Positions 1 to 8,900 of a stretch of DNA of 64,000 nucleotides are shown piece by piece. The notes beneath the pieces were generated by a model that worked only from the letters and a program-made list of their open reading frames with translations, searched no databases and was not told where the DNA came from. The stretch is from IMG/VR virus record IMGVR_UViG_3300031920_000103, positions 10,694 through 74,693 of that record; one strand, given 5' to 3'. Every line of letters begins with the position of its first letter. The stretch's first letter is position 1. The position numbers and the translations under genes are program-made. The stretch comes from a virus.

Positions 1-358
1 TGTCAACACAAGCGCGCCAACCGTCGCGCGGTATAGGTTCGCCGTTTCGCCGTGCGCGCCTAAACCGTTCAACATCGTTTTTCCATTTTCCATTTTTGCC
101 GACCGCGCCAAACGGGCCACGGTCGATCACGCGCGCGACTGTTGATCGATTCGTGCGTATGTTCAACAACTCAACGAGAGATCCTAGCGGAAACTCTCGG
201 TGTGCGATCCCTTTGTCGGTCGGTCGTATCGCCCGCTTTAGGTATGGCGAGTCGCCGCCTAGGTGCTTGTCGCCCTTTTGCGCAAACGTTGTCGCATAGC
301 AAACCTGCGTGTCAGCGGCAAAGCTCGCCAGCAACGATAGCAGGGCTTCGAGGATCAC
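1..358 (-). CDS. RlpA-like double-psi beta-barrel (lytic transglycosylase-like) protein, truncated by window start
   Basis: Not in the ORF track. Manual translation from GTG 358 stays open to the edge: MILEALLSLL...IAHREFPLGSLVELLNIRTNRSTVARVIDRGPF...WRACVD. This matches the RlpA AHxxLPxG..V.V.N...V.V.V.DRGP pattern and has a hydrophobic N-terminus. Confidence 0.7.
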   Translation of the reverse strand, partial: MILEALLSLLASFAADTQVCYATTFAQKGDKHLGGDSPYLKRAIRPTDKGIAHREFPLGSLVELLNIRTNRSTVARVIDRGPFGAVGKNGKWKNDVERFRRARRNGEPIPRDGWRACVD

Positions 359-486
359 TTTATGCCTTTTGGCAACGTGCGATCGTGTATCCAGTCAGCC
401 GCAACCGGGAACCCGAGCAAGTGCAAAATTTCCATCGCCGGATGCCCGACAACGTTGTGCAACGTGTACGCGAATTTCTTTGTCAC
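355..486 (-). CDS. 43-aa hypothetical protein
   Basis: The GTG start overlaps the methylase stop (GTGA) and its TGA overlaps the next GTG, a translational-coupling pattern. MTKKFAYTLHNVVGHPAMEILHLLGFPVAADWIHDRTLPKGIK. Confidence 0.45.
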   Translation of the reverse strand: MTKKFAYTLHNVVGHPAMEILHLLGFPVAADWIHDRTLPKGIK

Positions 487-3227
487 TCTTCGCCCTCTTC
501 GCCCTCTTCGCCCTCTTCGCCCTCTTCGCCCTCTTCCATGTCCTCGATCGCGTGCTGCACTCGCGCCTTTGCGATCGTTGCGAACATTGGATCAAGCTCG
601 ATGCCTATGCAGGCAAAACCCTCGCGCTGCGCTGCCACCATCGTTGTACCGGATCCCAAAAACGTGTCGAGAACCACGCCGTTCTCGGGTGTCACCAATC
701 GAATCAACCAACGCATAAGGCGCACGGGCTTTACAGTTGGATGCGAATTTTTGCTACCACTCAACCGCCCCGCACCCGCTCGCGGGCTGTTGAGTCCGTC
801 GCTGCCCTCTTTGCGCCCGCCTGTTACTTCGCCGGCGCTCGCGTGTGCAAAGTCGTCTAGGCCGGCTTCCTTTTCCGATCGTGGCGGCTTGGGGCAAACG
901 TAAATGTTACCCGGAAATCTTCCGAGTTCGCTTGGCGGGTTGATCGTTTCGTTTGCTGCGCCGTACTTGTCGTTATCCGTTCTGCGCGGTGTGCTCAGAG
1001 ATCGATTCTGTATCGCCGGCATTGGGTGGACAACGTTGTTGTACTTGCCGTCAGACTTATGCCCCTTGCACGGTTCCGGGAAGTCGGAGCAATGCGAGCC
1101 AAGCGGGCCACCTTGCGGGCCGGGCCAAGACAAGTCGCCCGGCATGATCCTGCAACCGTCGATGTTGAGCCCTCCGGTGCCGTGCGCGATAAAGTTAGCG
1201 GCTACCGTTTTCGCGTCGATCGGTTTGCGTGCGAGGATCGCCGGCTCTTGCGCGGGCTTTAGCGCGGTGCCCCACCCCTCATACTTCGCGGCCTCTTCGC
1301 TTGCGGGCTCCGACGTTACTATTTCCCCCGCCGCCCAACCGCCACCGCCTTGCTTATCCGCGTCAAACGCGACCGCCTGCTTTCTTGTGCCGATCACTTT
1401 GCGATCTAACCCGAGATGCTGATCGATCGCCTTGCCGACGTTCATGCTCTTTGGGAACCCTTGCCAGTATAGCCAACTGATCGTGTCGCGAATTTCAAAA
1501 CCCGCATCCTCGATCGCCACGGCTAGACGGTGCACGGTTCTCGTCGATGCGAACGAAATGATATGGCCACCGGGTTTCAGAACGCGCAGACATTGCCGCC
1601 ACGTCTCCGGGTCTGGGAGCGTAGCATCCCACGCATTGCCCATAAACCCGCCCGATGGTAGGCTGACCTCAATGCGTGCTTTTAGCGGCAACCATAAGTT
1701 GAACCAATGACGCGTGAGTGCCCCGTCTGCTCCGTGAAATACGAAGCCGACCCGGTGCGGCTTCGCCATGGCAGACAAATCACTTGCAGCCGCACGTGCT
1801 CGTACAAGTTGCGCGCCGCCAAGAGAACCAATGCTCTGACCGTCAATTGCGCTACTTGTGGCAAGCAATTCAACCGGGCACCCTCTGCTATCAAATCTAA
1901 GCATGAGGCGGTTTACTGCTCGCGAGAGTGTCACTACAGGGGCAGAACCCTCGGCCTCACTAAACGTGTGGTCGTTGAGCCCTACGTCATGGTCTCCGAG
2001 TACGACAGGAAAGCTGCGGCTACCAAAGGTGCTGGGACTAGACGCCTCCGGGGCAAACACAGGCACACTGAATCCACTAAAGAAAAGCTCAGGCACGCAA
2101 CCGCCGAGTACATTGCAGGCACCACTAGAGCCGTCTCTAGCCTCGAAAATAAAGTTGCCAAGGAACTCACCAACAGGGGAATCGATTTCGCTAGGCAAGT
2201 CGGAATCCGTGACCCCGCTACCGGTAGATTTTTTGCGTGCGTTGACTTTCTTCTCGGTGACGGGCGCGTTGTCGAGGTCAACGGAACCTTCTGGCACGCT
2301 GACCCACGAGTCTACACCGAGCCCACTTACCCCGCGCAGATCCGAACCTGCGAACGGTACGCCATCAAGATCGCGAAGTGCGCGGCTCTCGGAATCGGCG
2401 TGATAGAGCTTTGGGAAATTGACATCGGAGAAAGCCTCGGAGATTTGCTTGATAGCGTTGGCCTGCTTTGAGTACGAACTCATCCCATAGGGCGGATCCG
2501 AAACTAGCGAATCGATCGAGTTGTCGGGAAAAGTTTTAAGCACCTCAACGCAATCGCCGCAATGGATTGTGTGCCCGTCAAACTCGATCGCGTCGCCGTC
2601 AGTAAACGCCGGCTCTGTGATCTCTGGCTCGTGCGCGTCGTCAGCCTCGTTTGTCGCGTCGTTTAGGTCTGGTAGCTGCGCGGGGTCGCAAGCCTCGCAC
2701 CCGTCGCCGTTGCAATGCGTGCACGCGATATCCTCTGCCGGCTCTTCTGCGTCGTCGATCAACGGCATACTCGTAACCGAGTCAGCCAGATCCATTAGAT
2801 CATCTTCCGAGAAACCTAGGCCGTCGAGCGAGCCGTACAAATCGATCTGCTCTAAGAGTATTTCGTTTAGCCCGTCAGTGTCCCAACCACCGAGCGCAGA
2901 AATACGATTGTCTGCGATGATAAACGCTTCCGCCTCGGTTTCGTTTTTAAACGGCATACCGCAAACGATCGGCACGAGCCATTTTCCCTTTTTGGTTTTA
3001 AGCCCGTTCGGTGCGTCCTCGCCGGCTGCGTGCATTCTGCGCAACGTCTCAAGTCGACCGTGCCCGGCTACAAGTTTGCCGGTTCGCTCGTCGCGAGATA
3101 GCGGCGCGCGAAAACCGGAACGCAAGATCGCTTTGCGGATCTCGTCGTAGTCATGCTTTTTTGGGTTGCGGTCAGCGCCCTCGATCTCGTCGAGAGGCAC
3201 GTAGTCTATGCGCATTGAGTCAGCCAT
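483..3227 (-). CDS. ParB-N domain fused to beta-class N4/N6 DNA methyltransferase, with 277-aa in-frame insertion
   Basis: ParB motifs RNPKKH, LVAGHGRL and ADNRIS. MTase motif IV DPPY lies before motif I DTFLGSGTT, with HPTVKP. Likely ATG is 3227 with GGGGA RBS, just after the recA stop. Acidic (GEE)n tail. Confidence 0.9.
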   Translation of the reverse strand: MADSMRIDYVPLDEIEGADRNPKKHDYDEIRKAILRSGFRAPLSRDERTGKLVAGHGRLETLRRMHAAGEDAPNGLKTKKGKWLVPIVCGMPFKNETEAEAFIIADNRISALGGWDTDGLNEILLEQIDLYGSLDGLGFSEDDLMDLADSVTSMPLIDDAEEPAEDIACTHCNGDGCEACDPAQLPDLNDATNEADDAHEPEITEPAFTDGDAIEFDGHTIHCGDCVEVLKTFPDNSIDSLVSDPPYGMSSYSKQANAIKQISEAFSDVNFPKLYHADSESRALRDLDGVPFAGSDLRGVSGLGVDSWVSVPEGSVDLDNAPVTEKKVNARKKSTGSGVTDSDLPSEIDSPVGEFLGNFIFEARDGSSGACNVLGGCVPELFFSGFSVPVFAPEASSPSTFGSRSFPVVLGDHDVGLNDHTFSEAEGSAPVVTLSRAVNRLMLRFDSRGCPVELLATSSAIDGQSIGSLGGAQLVRARAAASDLSAMAKPHRVGFVFHGADGALTRHWFNLWLPLKARIEVSLPSGGFMGNAWDATLPDPETWRQCLRVLKPGGHIISFASTRTVHRLAVAIEDAGFEIRDTISWLYWQGFPKSMNVGKAIDQHLGLDRKVIGTRKQAVAFDADKQGGGGWAAGEIVTSEPASEEAAKYEGWGTALKPAQEPAILARKPIDAKTVAANFIAHGTGGLNIDGCRIMPGDLSWPGPQGGPLGSHCSDFPEPCKGHKSDGKYNNVVHPMPAIQNRSLSTPRRTDNDKYGAANETINPPSELGRFPGNIYVCPKPPRSEKEAGLDDFAHASAGEVTGGRKEGSDGLNSPRAGAGRLSGSKNSHPTVKPVRLMRWLIRLVTPENGVVLDTFLGSGTTMVAAQREGFACIGIELDPMFATIAKARVQHAIEDMEEGEEGEEGEEGEEGEE
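486..536. repeat. 9-nt tandem repeat (CTCTTCGCC)x5 encoding the EEG tail of the methylase
   Basis: Read directly from the sequence. Confidence 0.95.
1647..2477 (+). mobile_element. In-frame insertion element in the methylase carrying an antisense endonuclease
   Basis: Removing 831 nt joins DPPYGMS to FMGNAWD, the usual continuous motif in this MTase family. The boundary could shift by one codon. The insert is filled almost completely by the + strand ORF 1707-2471. Confidence 0.8.
1707..2471 (+). CDS. Homing-type endonuclease: two CxxC..CxxxC Zn modules, NUMOD3-like segment, Vsr/DUF559-like PD-(D/E)xK domain
   Basis: CPVC..CSRTC and CATC..CSREC; HTESTKEKLRHA; SSLENKVAKEL..VDFLL..VVEVNGTFWH..GIGVIELWEIDI. 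Confidence 0.85.
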   Translation: MTRECPVCSVKYEADPVRLRHGRQITCSRTCSYKLRAAKRTNALTVNCATCGKQFNRAPSAIKSKHEAVYCSRECHYRGRTLGLTKRVVVEPYVMVSEYDRKAAATKGAGTRRLRGKHRHTESTKEKLRHATAEYIAGTTRAVSSLENKVAKELTNRGIDFARQVGIRDPATGRFFACVDFLLGDGRVVEVNGTFWHADPRVYTEPTYPAQIRTCERYAIKIAKCAALGIGVIELWEIDIGESLGDLLDSVGLL

Positions 3228-3234
3228 AATTCCC

Positions 3235-4350
3235 CTAGTCGTCGCAAAGGTCGTCGGATGATAGATCGGTGCTGTCGCCCTTACCGGCTGCGACCATCGC
3301 GGCAGCATCCCAGTAATCCCAGTTTGCCTCGTTTAGTTTCGCGCGCGCCTCGTCAACACTTTGGGATCGAGGTGCTACCAATTTCATGTCTTTTGCTAAG
3401 TTGAGAACTGACCAATCGTTATCCCAACCGGTCTTGTACATGAACCGCAAACGCGCCTTGCGATTTGGTTCTGTCAGCCGCGTCTTAGCTACTGCGATCG
3501 TAACGTCTTTGCCGATATGGTTGCCGGCCTTGTCCTTTACCGCTTTGCCGCCCCATATACCTAGGCGCAAGCTGCAATGAAACTTTAGCGCGGTGCCGCC
3601 CGGCGTGATCTTGCCGCCGCCGAACCCACCGATCGAGTCCCGCGTTTGGTTCACGATCAAAAGCGTTGCGCGGCTAGCCTCCACCTTCGCGGTCAGGATT
3701 CGCATCGACTGCGACATTATCTTAGAGCAACCGCCTACGCGCATCTTTTCGCTGACGCCCTCCTCGACTTCCGCTTTCGTTGGAGTCGCCGCGAGGGAAT
3801 CGAACACAACAAGCGCGGGGCCTAGGCTCGGATCGAGCGCATCAAACACACCCTCGATCGTAGCGAGTGCGTGCTCTAGGTGCGTTGGGCGCACTAGGAT
3901 CAAATTCTCCGGGTCAACACCTAGCACGCGTGCGCGTTGCTTCATAAACCCGCGCTCGGTTTCGACAAGTGTTGTTGTCGCGCCGTCGCGTTGTGCTTGC
4001 CCTAGAAATTGCAGCGCTGCGGAACTCTTGCCCGCGCCCTCATCGCTAAAGATCTCGACAATGCGCCCAATCGGCAGACCACCTATGCCGCAAATGTAAT
4101 GGTCGATCACTTCCATTCCGGTTCGTAGCGGCTCGATGCCGTCAGTAAATCCGGCCTCCAAGGTAGAGATCGCGGACACCTTGACCTTGGCTTTTTTCTC
4201 TTTGGCTTTTAGGTGCGCCATCACCGCTTGCGCGGAAGTAAGTTTTTTCTTCGGCTTCTTTTTCGCCGGTTCTTTTTTCGCCGGTTCTTTTTTCGCCGGT
4301 GCCTTTTTGGTCGCCGGTTTTTTCTTTGTCGTCGTCTTTGCTTTTGCCAT
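3235..4350 (-). CDS. recA: RecA/UvsX recombinase with Lys-rich N-terminal extension
   Basis: GGLPIGRIVEIFSDEGAGKSS (Walker A), VVFDSLAA (Walker B), NQTRD, TPGGTALKFHCSLRL. Confidence 0.93.
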   Translation of the reverse strand: MAKAKTTTKKKPATKKAPAKKEPAKKEPAKKKPKKKLTSAQAVMAHLKAKEKKAKVKVSAISTLEAGFTDGIEPLRTGMEVIDHYICGIGGLPIGRIVEIFSDEGAGKSSAALQFLGQAQRDGATTTLVETERGFMKQRARVLGVDPENLILVRPTHLEHALATIEGVFDALDPSLGPALVVFDSLAATPTKAEVEEGVSEKMRVGGCSKIMSQSMRILTAKVEASRATLLIVNQTRDSIGGFGGGKITPGGTALKFHCSLRLGIWGGKAVKDKAGNHIGKDVTIAVAKTRLTEPNRKARLRFMYKTGWDNDWSVLNLAKDMKLVAPRSQSVDEARAKLNEANWDYWDAAAMVAAGKGDSTDLSSDDLCDD

Positions 4351-4377
4351 CTTTGCCCCCGTCCACGCGCAACGAAA

Positions 4378-4522
4378 CCCGAGTAGAGACCCCCCGTTTT
4401 GATCAGCTAAAAAACTTGGAAAAGTTTAGGTGCGTTTTGGGAAATGGAATTAACCCAACGCCCTGCTATCAATGGTGCGCAAATGCTGACTAGCTACGCG
4501 CACCGGGGGGTCTCTACTAGGG
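4378..4522. other. Intergenic multi-stem element closed by a 19-bp inverted repeat
   Basis: CCCGAGTAGAGACCCCCCG (4378-4396) pairs with 4504-4522 with one mismatch. Internal stems include AAACTT/AAGTTT and GTGCGC/GCGCAC. Confidence 0.7.
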
Positions 4523-4530
4523 AGATCTAA

Positions 4531-5343
4531 CTACCAGCTAATACCGTCAGCCGGTGCCTCTGCGGCTTCCTCAACGTCGATCGTGTCTTGCACGCTGCGC
4601 CCACGTCCGCGACCCGTTGCCGCCGCTGCGGGTGCCGCTGCTAGCTCTGCTTTGGGCTCGTCGCGCCCGCTGCTACCTTGCCCGCCGTTGATACGGTCGA
4701 CAATATCGGCCTCGCTCTCGACTTTTGCATAACGATCAAGGTCGTTTTGCATCGGGATCCATTCCATGTTGCCAAGGCCAGAATCGCTGCGAGCCGCTGC
4801 GACTTTGTACTTTGTCAGCATTCCGGTTCCTGACTTTTCAATGATGATATCGAACCCGTTTACAGGGTCGACAAAATCGCCGCCGCCGTCAACATCCTCG
4901 CGAATGCGCACAAGCTCGTCGAAAATCATCTTGCCGAAACCGAGAATCTTTGGGCCGGCTTCCATGTCGCCGCGATCGATAATGTTTGCGAACACTCGCA
5001 ACTTAACGTCGTAGCTTTTCGCGAGGTCTTGATCCGCTTTGCTGCGTGATCCTGAAAGCTGCTTAATACGATCGCAGATAGGGCAAGGGCGCTTTAGCAT
5101 TGCGCGCGGGCAAGGGATAACAAGTTGATTCTCTGACGGTCGTTTGACGTAGTGTTGCTTGACCTTGCGGAATGGTTTTTGTCCCTGCAACGGTGGCAGA
5201 AAACGCACAACGTTTTTGCCGTCTGTCAACGTCATGAAATTCGCGCCACTGCCTGACGCATCAAGCTCCGCGCGATCTTCCGCCGCATCGTCAAGATCGT
5301 AACTACCGTACGCAACTACCGCTTTAACTTCTTCTTCGCTCAT
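4531..5343 (-). CDS. gp32-like single-stranded DNA-binding protein
   Basis: VRFLPP..PF..V.QH..CP...CPIC, FANII, DFVDPVNGFDIII.K.G.G..T.Y.V and an acidic C-terminus, typical of phage gp32-type SSBs. ATG at 5343. Confidence 0.8.
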   Translation of the reverse strand: MSEEEVKAVVAYGSYDLDDAAEDRAELDASGSGANFMTLTDGKNVVRFLPPLQGQKPFRKVKQHYVKRPSENQLVIPCPRAMLKRPCPICDRIKQLSGSRSKADQDLAKSYDVKLRVFANIIDRGDMEAGPKILGFGKMIFDELVRIREDVDGGGDFVDPVNGFDIIIEKSGTGMLTKYKVAAARSDSGLGNMEWIPMQNDLDRYAKVESEADIVDRINGGQGSSGRDEPKAELAAAPAAAATGRGRGRSVQDTIDVEEAAEAPADGISW

Positions 5344-5415
5344 ATTCTCTTTTTCCAATTTCTCTTCGCTGATTTCAATTTTCTCTTTCCCAGAATTGGG
5401 AGAGCCTTTGTACCA

Positions 5416-5934
5416 CTACCCGCTGGCATTCCTAGCGCTAGCGGCCATATTTCGGATCGATGGATCGTGCCCCATTTCAATCCGCAACTTAGCGCCGATA
5501 CTCTGCAACATGTCTTTCTTGGCCACGACTGATTCGCATACGCCCTTTAGCCGAATTTTCTCGGCTTCCGCGTCTACAAGCTCGATCTTGATGTCGTGGT
5601 AATCCTCGTCCATGTCGACCGCAGCCTTGATCATTGGCTCGGTCGCTTTGCCGTGCTCATTCATAAGCGAGGCGCGGTGCATCATGTACATGCGCCCGTG
5701 CAGTTTGTCGGTTTCGACCTTTAGCCTGTTGAACTTTTTGTGCGATTGCGCGTACTGATTATTCCAGTACGATAAATCGCCCGACAGTCTACGCATAGCA
5801 TCGTCGAGTTGTGTCACGTCGTCCATCTCGACCGACTCGCGTAGATACTCGGCCCGGCTTGGTACTGCCTTTGCTACCGAATCGTCCGTAACGTCATCAC
5901 TACCGCCCTCGTCGTCAAATAAATCGCTGCTCAT
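5416..5934 (-). CDS. UvsY-like recombination mediator (helical protein)
   Basis: All-helical, with TE..IK..V..DE.Y and KK.MLQSI.A.LR.E patterns. Sits next to SSB and RecA. Confidence 0.55.
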   Translation of the reverse strand: MSSDLFDDEGGSDDVTDDSVAKAVPSRAEYLRESVEMDDVTQLDDAMRRLSGDLSYWNNQYAQSHKKFNRLKVETDKLHGRMYMMHRASLMNEHGKATEPMIKAAVDMDEDYHDIKIELVDAEAEKIRLKGVCESVVAKKDMLQSIGAKLRIEMGHDPSIRNMAASARNASG

Positions 5935-5952
5935 TGTTCCGTCTTTCTGTTG

Positions 5953-8900
5953 TTAGAGGCTCGCCCATTTCGTGCGGTCGCTAGTCATTGCGCCCCACGA
6001 TCGGCCAACCTCGATGTCTACCACGAGGGGCACGCCGTAAGAAAACCACTGAGTCATGATTCGCTCTGTGCCCTCTATGACCTCGTACAGCGCGTCCTCT
6101 TCCACTTCCTGCAAAGCGCAATCGTGCACCGCCATGATCACGCGGGACGGGATGCAATCCTCTTTTACCCACTTGACCAACTCGACCATCGACATATTGT
6201 TGTACTCGCCGGCCGTGCCTTGCACTGCGGTGTTCCACGACGCGCGCTCTGCCGTGCTGCGCTTTTGGCCGTCCGGATCTGCGAGGTCGAACAACGGGCG
6301 GCGTCGGCATTTCTGCCCGTTCCAATACGTCCACGTGTAGCCTGTTTTGTGTGCTTGCCGTAGTTGGTCTTTGATCCATTTGTCGAGGGCGGAAAAGTTA
6401 CCGAGGATCGCGCGGCGTAGTTTGTTTGCCTCCATCACTTCGATTCCGATCGATGCGGCTAGTGCGTCGTCGCTCATGCCGTACAACAGACCGAAGTTGA
6501 TCATCTTGGATGCGCGGCGTAGTTCTGCGCCCTTCTTTGTTTGGTCGCCGTTCTCGTCTAGCAACTCAGCCGGATCAACGCCCCACGCCATAATTGAAAC
6601 CATTTGCGCGGTTCGCATATGGAAGTCGTCGCCTGCTTCGTAAATCTCGATCATCTTTTTGTCGCCGGATAGCATCGCGGCAACGCGCAATTCGATCTGT
6701 GAGTAATCGGCTGAGACGAGCAAGTGGCCGGGCTCCGCAATAAAGCACTCGCGCAAAACTTTGCCCTCGTACTGTTTCTCTGACGGAAGATTTTGTAGGT
6801 TGGGATCTGTACAGTTGTGGTGGAAAATTCCGTGTGCACTGTAACTGTGGTCTGTCGCTACTGTGAGGTCGTAAACTTGGCTTTGCGCCGCTCTGCTACG
6901 GATCTCCTGTACTGCAATGCTTTGCTCTCCGCTACCTGCAAGAAATGGATAGTGTTGTGGCCGGGACGAGTCACCAACGCTAGATTGTCGATGTCGTTGT
7001 TCTTCGGATCCTCGTCGATATGGTGCACCACCATTTTCTCCGGGAGACTCGACAAGCCCGAAAATTTGGCCATTACTGCCCGATGCACAAATTCCCGCTT
7101 GCCGTTGTGCAGACACGTCAGATACCCGTAACCGTCCTCGCATACCCCTTTCCAGTTGTGGTGCGCTTTGCCGGTCTTGCCCTTCATGGGATTCTTTGTC
7201 CCGGTCTTGGAGTCCGAATAGCGCAACTTGCGTAGCGCCGTCCGTTCTGCGGTCGGCATGTTGTGTTTGACCACGTGCGAAACGTTGTGGTGCGTAGTGC
7301 CCAACAGTTTCGCGATCTGCTCTAGTGTCAGCAACGGGTGCAGTTGTCGATACAGGCACAAAACCTCGTGCTGGTGTATCTGGCAACTTGTCCACTTTTT
7401 TGAAACGCTCAAGTAATTCTCCTACGGTGATCCAATCGCCGCCGGAACGTAGGATCCTATGATCACTTGTGCAAGTCAAAACTTCCCCGTTTGCCAGGCG
7501 TATATCGTAGACTGTGCGCACGCCTTGATCGAGGTTGTGGAGCACCGGTTGCCAACGCTTCTCGTGCGTCCAAACAAGATCGCCTGCTACTACGCCAACG
7601 ATCGCAACGTACCCGCGTTGCGTTAGTATAGGCGTATCACCAACCACACAAGACCACCGACCCGAGCGCGTACCGTCTGGTTTCAGGTTCGGGTGGATCC
7701 GACCATCGGCGCGAATATGCTGTTGCAGCCCAGTCGCGTAAGTACCATCGAGCTTTGCGTACTTTCGGTGATCGATAATGTCTTGCACTACCGGGTGATG
7801 CGCCGCAAGCGTAGTCAGCACGCTCTTGTCTGTGCTCGGCTCGCCCTTCGGTGTCTTCTTTGTGATCGGTAGCTTTAGCTTTACAAACAAAAGCTCTCGG
7901 AGTTGTTTAGCTGATCCGGGGTTGATGTTGTACGGGGCTAGCCTCGCGTCGATCGTTAAGAGTTGCGCGCGGCAATATTGGGACACGTTCTCGATCGCGT
8001 CTTTTGACACACCCATGCCCCACGCCTCGACCTGATCTAGCGCTTCGGACACGGGTTGTAAAACCGTGTTCCATGCGTACGCAAGCTCAGGGTTGTGCAC
8101 GTTGATCTCGTTTAGGTTGTGGTCGATCAACCTGCTAGTCGCAACCGCATCTCGCGCGCAGTACCGAAGCAAAACCGACTTAGGCATAAATGCGTATTTG
8201 TACTTTTTCGGATCTTGCCCTAGACGAATCAACGACTCGATCGCGGGGTCAAGGTACGGCAGCAATTTCGTGCCCTGCTCTGAGATGTCTTTTGCGGTTG
8301 GCTTCGCTTTGCTAAGCGCGCGGATCCTGCGTTGCACTTCGCGCAAACCCGATGCAATGGATTCGCTCGCCTCGTTTTTGTGCCCGCCCATACCGACCAA
8401 GTGGCCCATGGTGCCTAGCGTTGCGTCGGCCTCCGGGTACGTCAGCTTTCGAGACAAGCGCGTGTCGTGGTCAATGCGGTTTACTTGCACGCCGTACGCG
8501 GAACGGATCGAGAGCGTGTCGTACTTGACGTACTGACCGCTGACCTTTGTGGTCTTATCTGCGAGCACGTCGAGCAACGGCATTCGGATTGCTGGATCTC
8601 GCAATGCGTCGACGCACCAAACCCAAGGCGAGTCGCTACCGCGCGCAACCGCTGCGAGTGCGATGATCTGAAAGTCGTTATCCCATTGACGCCCGGATGT
8701 CTCAACGTCAAACGTAAACGCACCGGCGTTCCTTAGCTGCTTAGCCGCCACCGTTGCATCTTGCGCCGTCTGCACAAGCCTTGCGCTCTCGTGCCATGGT
8801 GGCTTCTGCGGTGCGTCTTCTTGCAGTATGCGCGTCAGGTCGTTTACAAACTCGGTGCGCAAATACTTGTTGCGGTGAACGAACCAAGGCGAGTTTAAAA

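Noticed and set aside
486-536. Short tandem repeats as a CRISPR array
   Set aside because: They have no spacers and encode low-complexity protein. No CRISPR array or cas gene was seen in the window.
142-1422. Plus-strand ORFs 142-903, 309-860 and 904-1422
   Set aside because: They are antisense shadows of real minus-strand genes, with Ser/Pro-rich translations and no motifs.
1647-2477. Group I intron reading of the methylase insert (exon ends in U, insert ends in G)
   Set aside because: The U/G boundaries fit, but the antisense ORF leaves only about 60 nt free and no P3-P7 core was recognisable. Not excluded without RT-PCR.
1647-2477. Intein reading of the methylase insert
   Set aside because: No block B or F, no terminal His-Asn, and the +1 residue is Phe or Gly.
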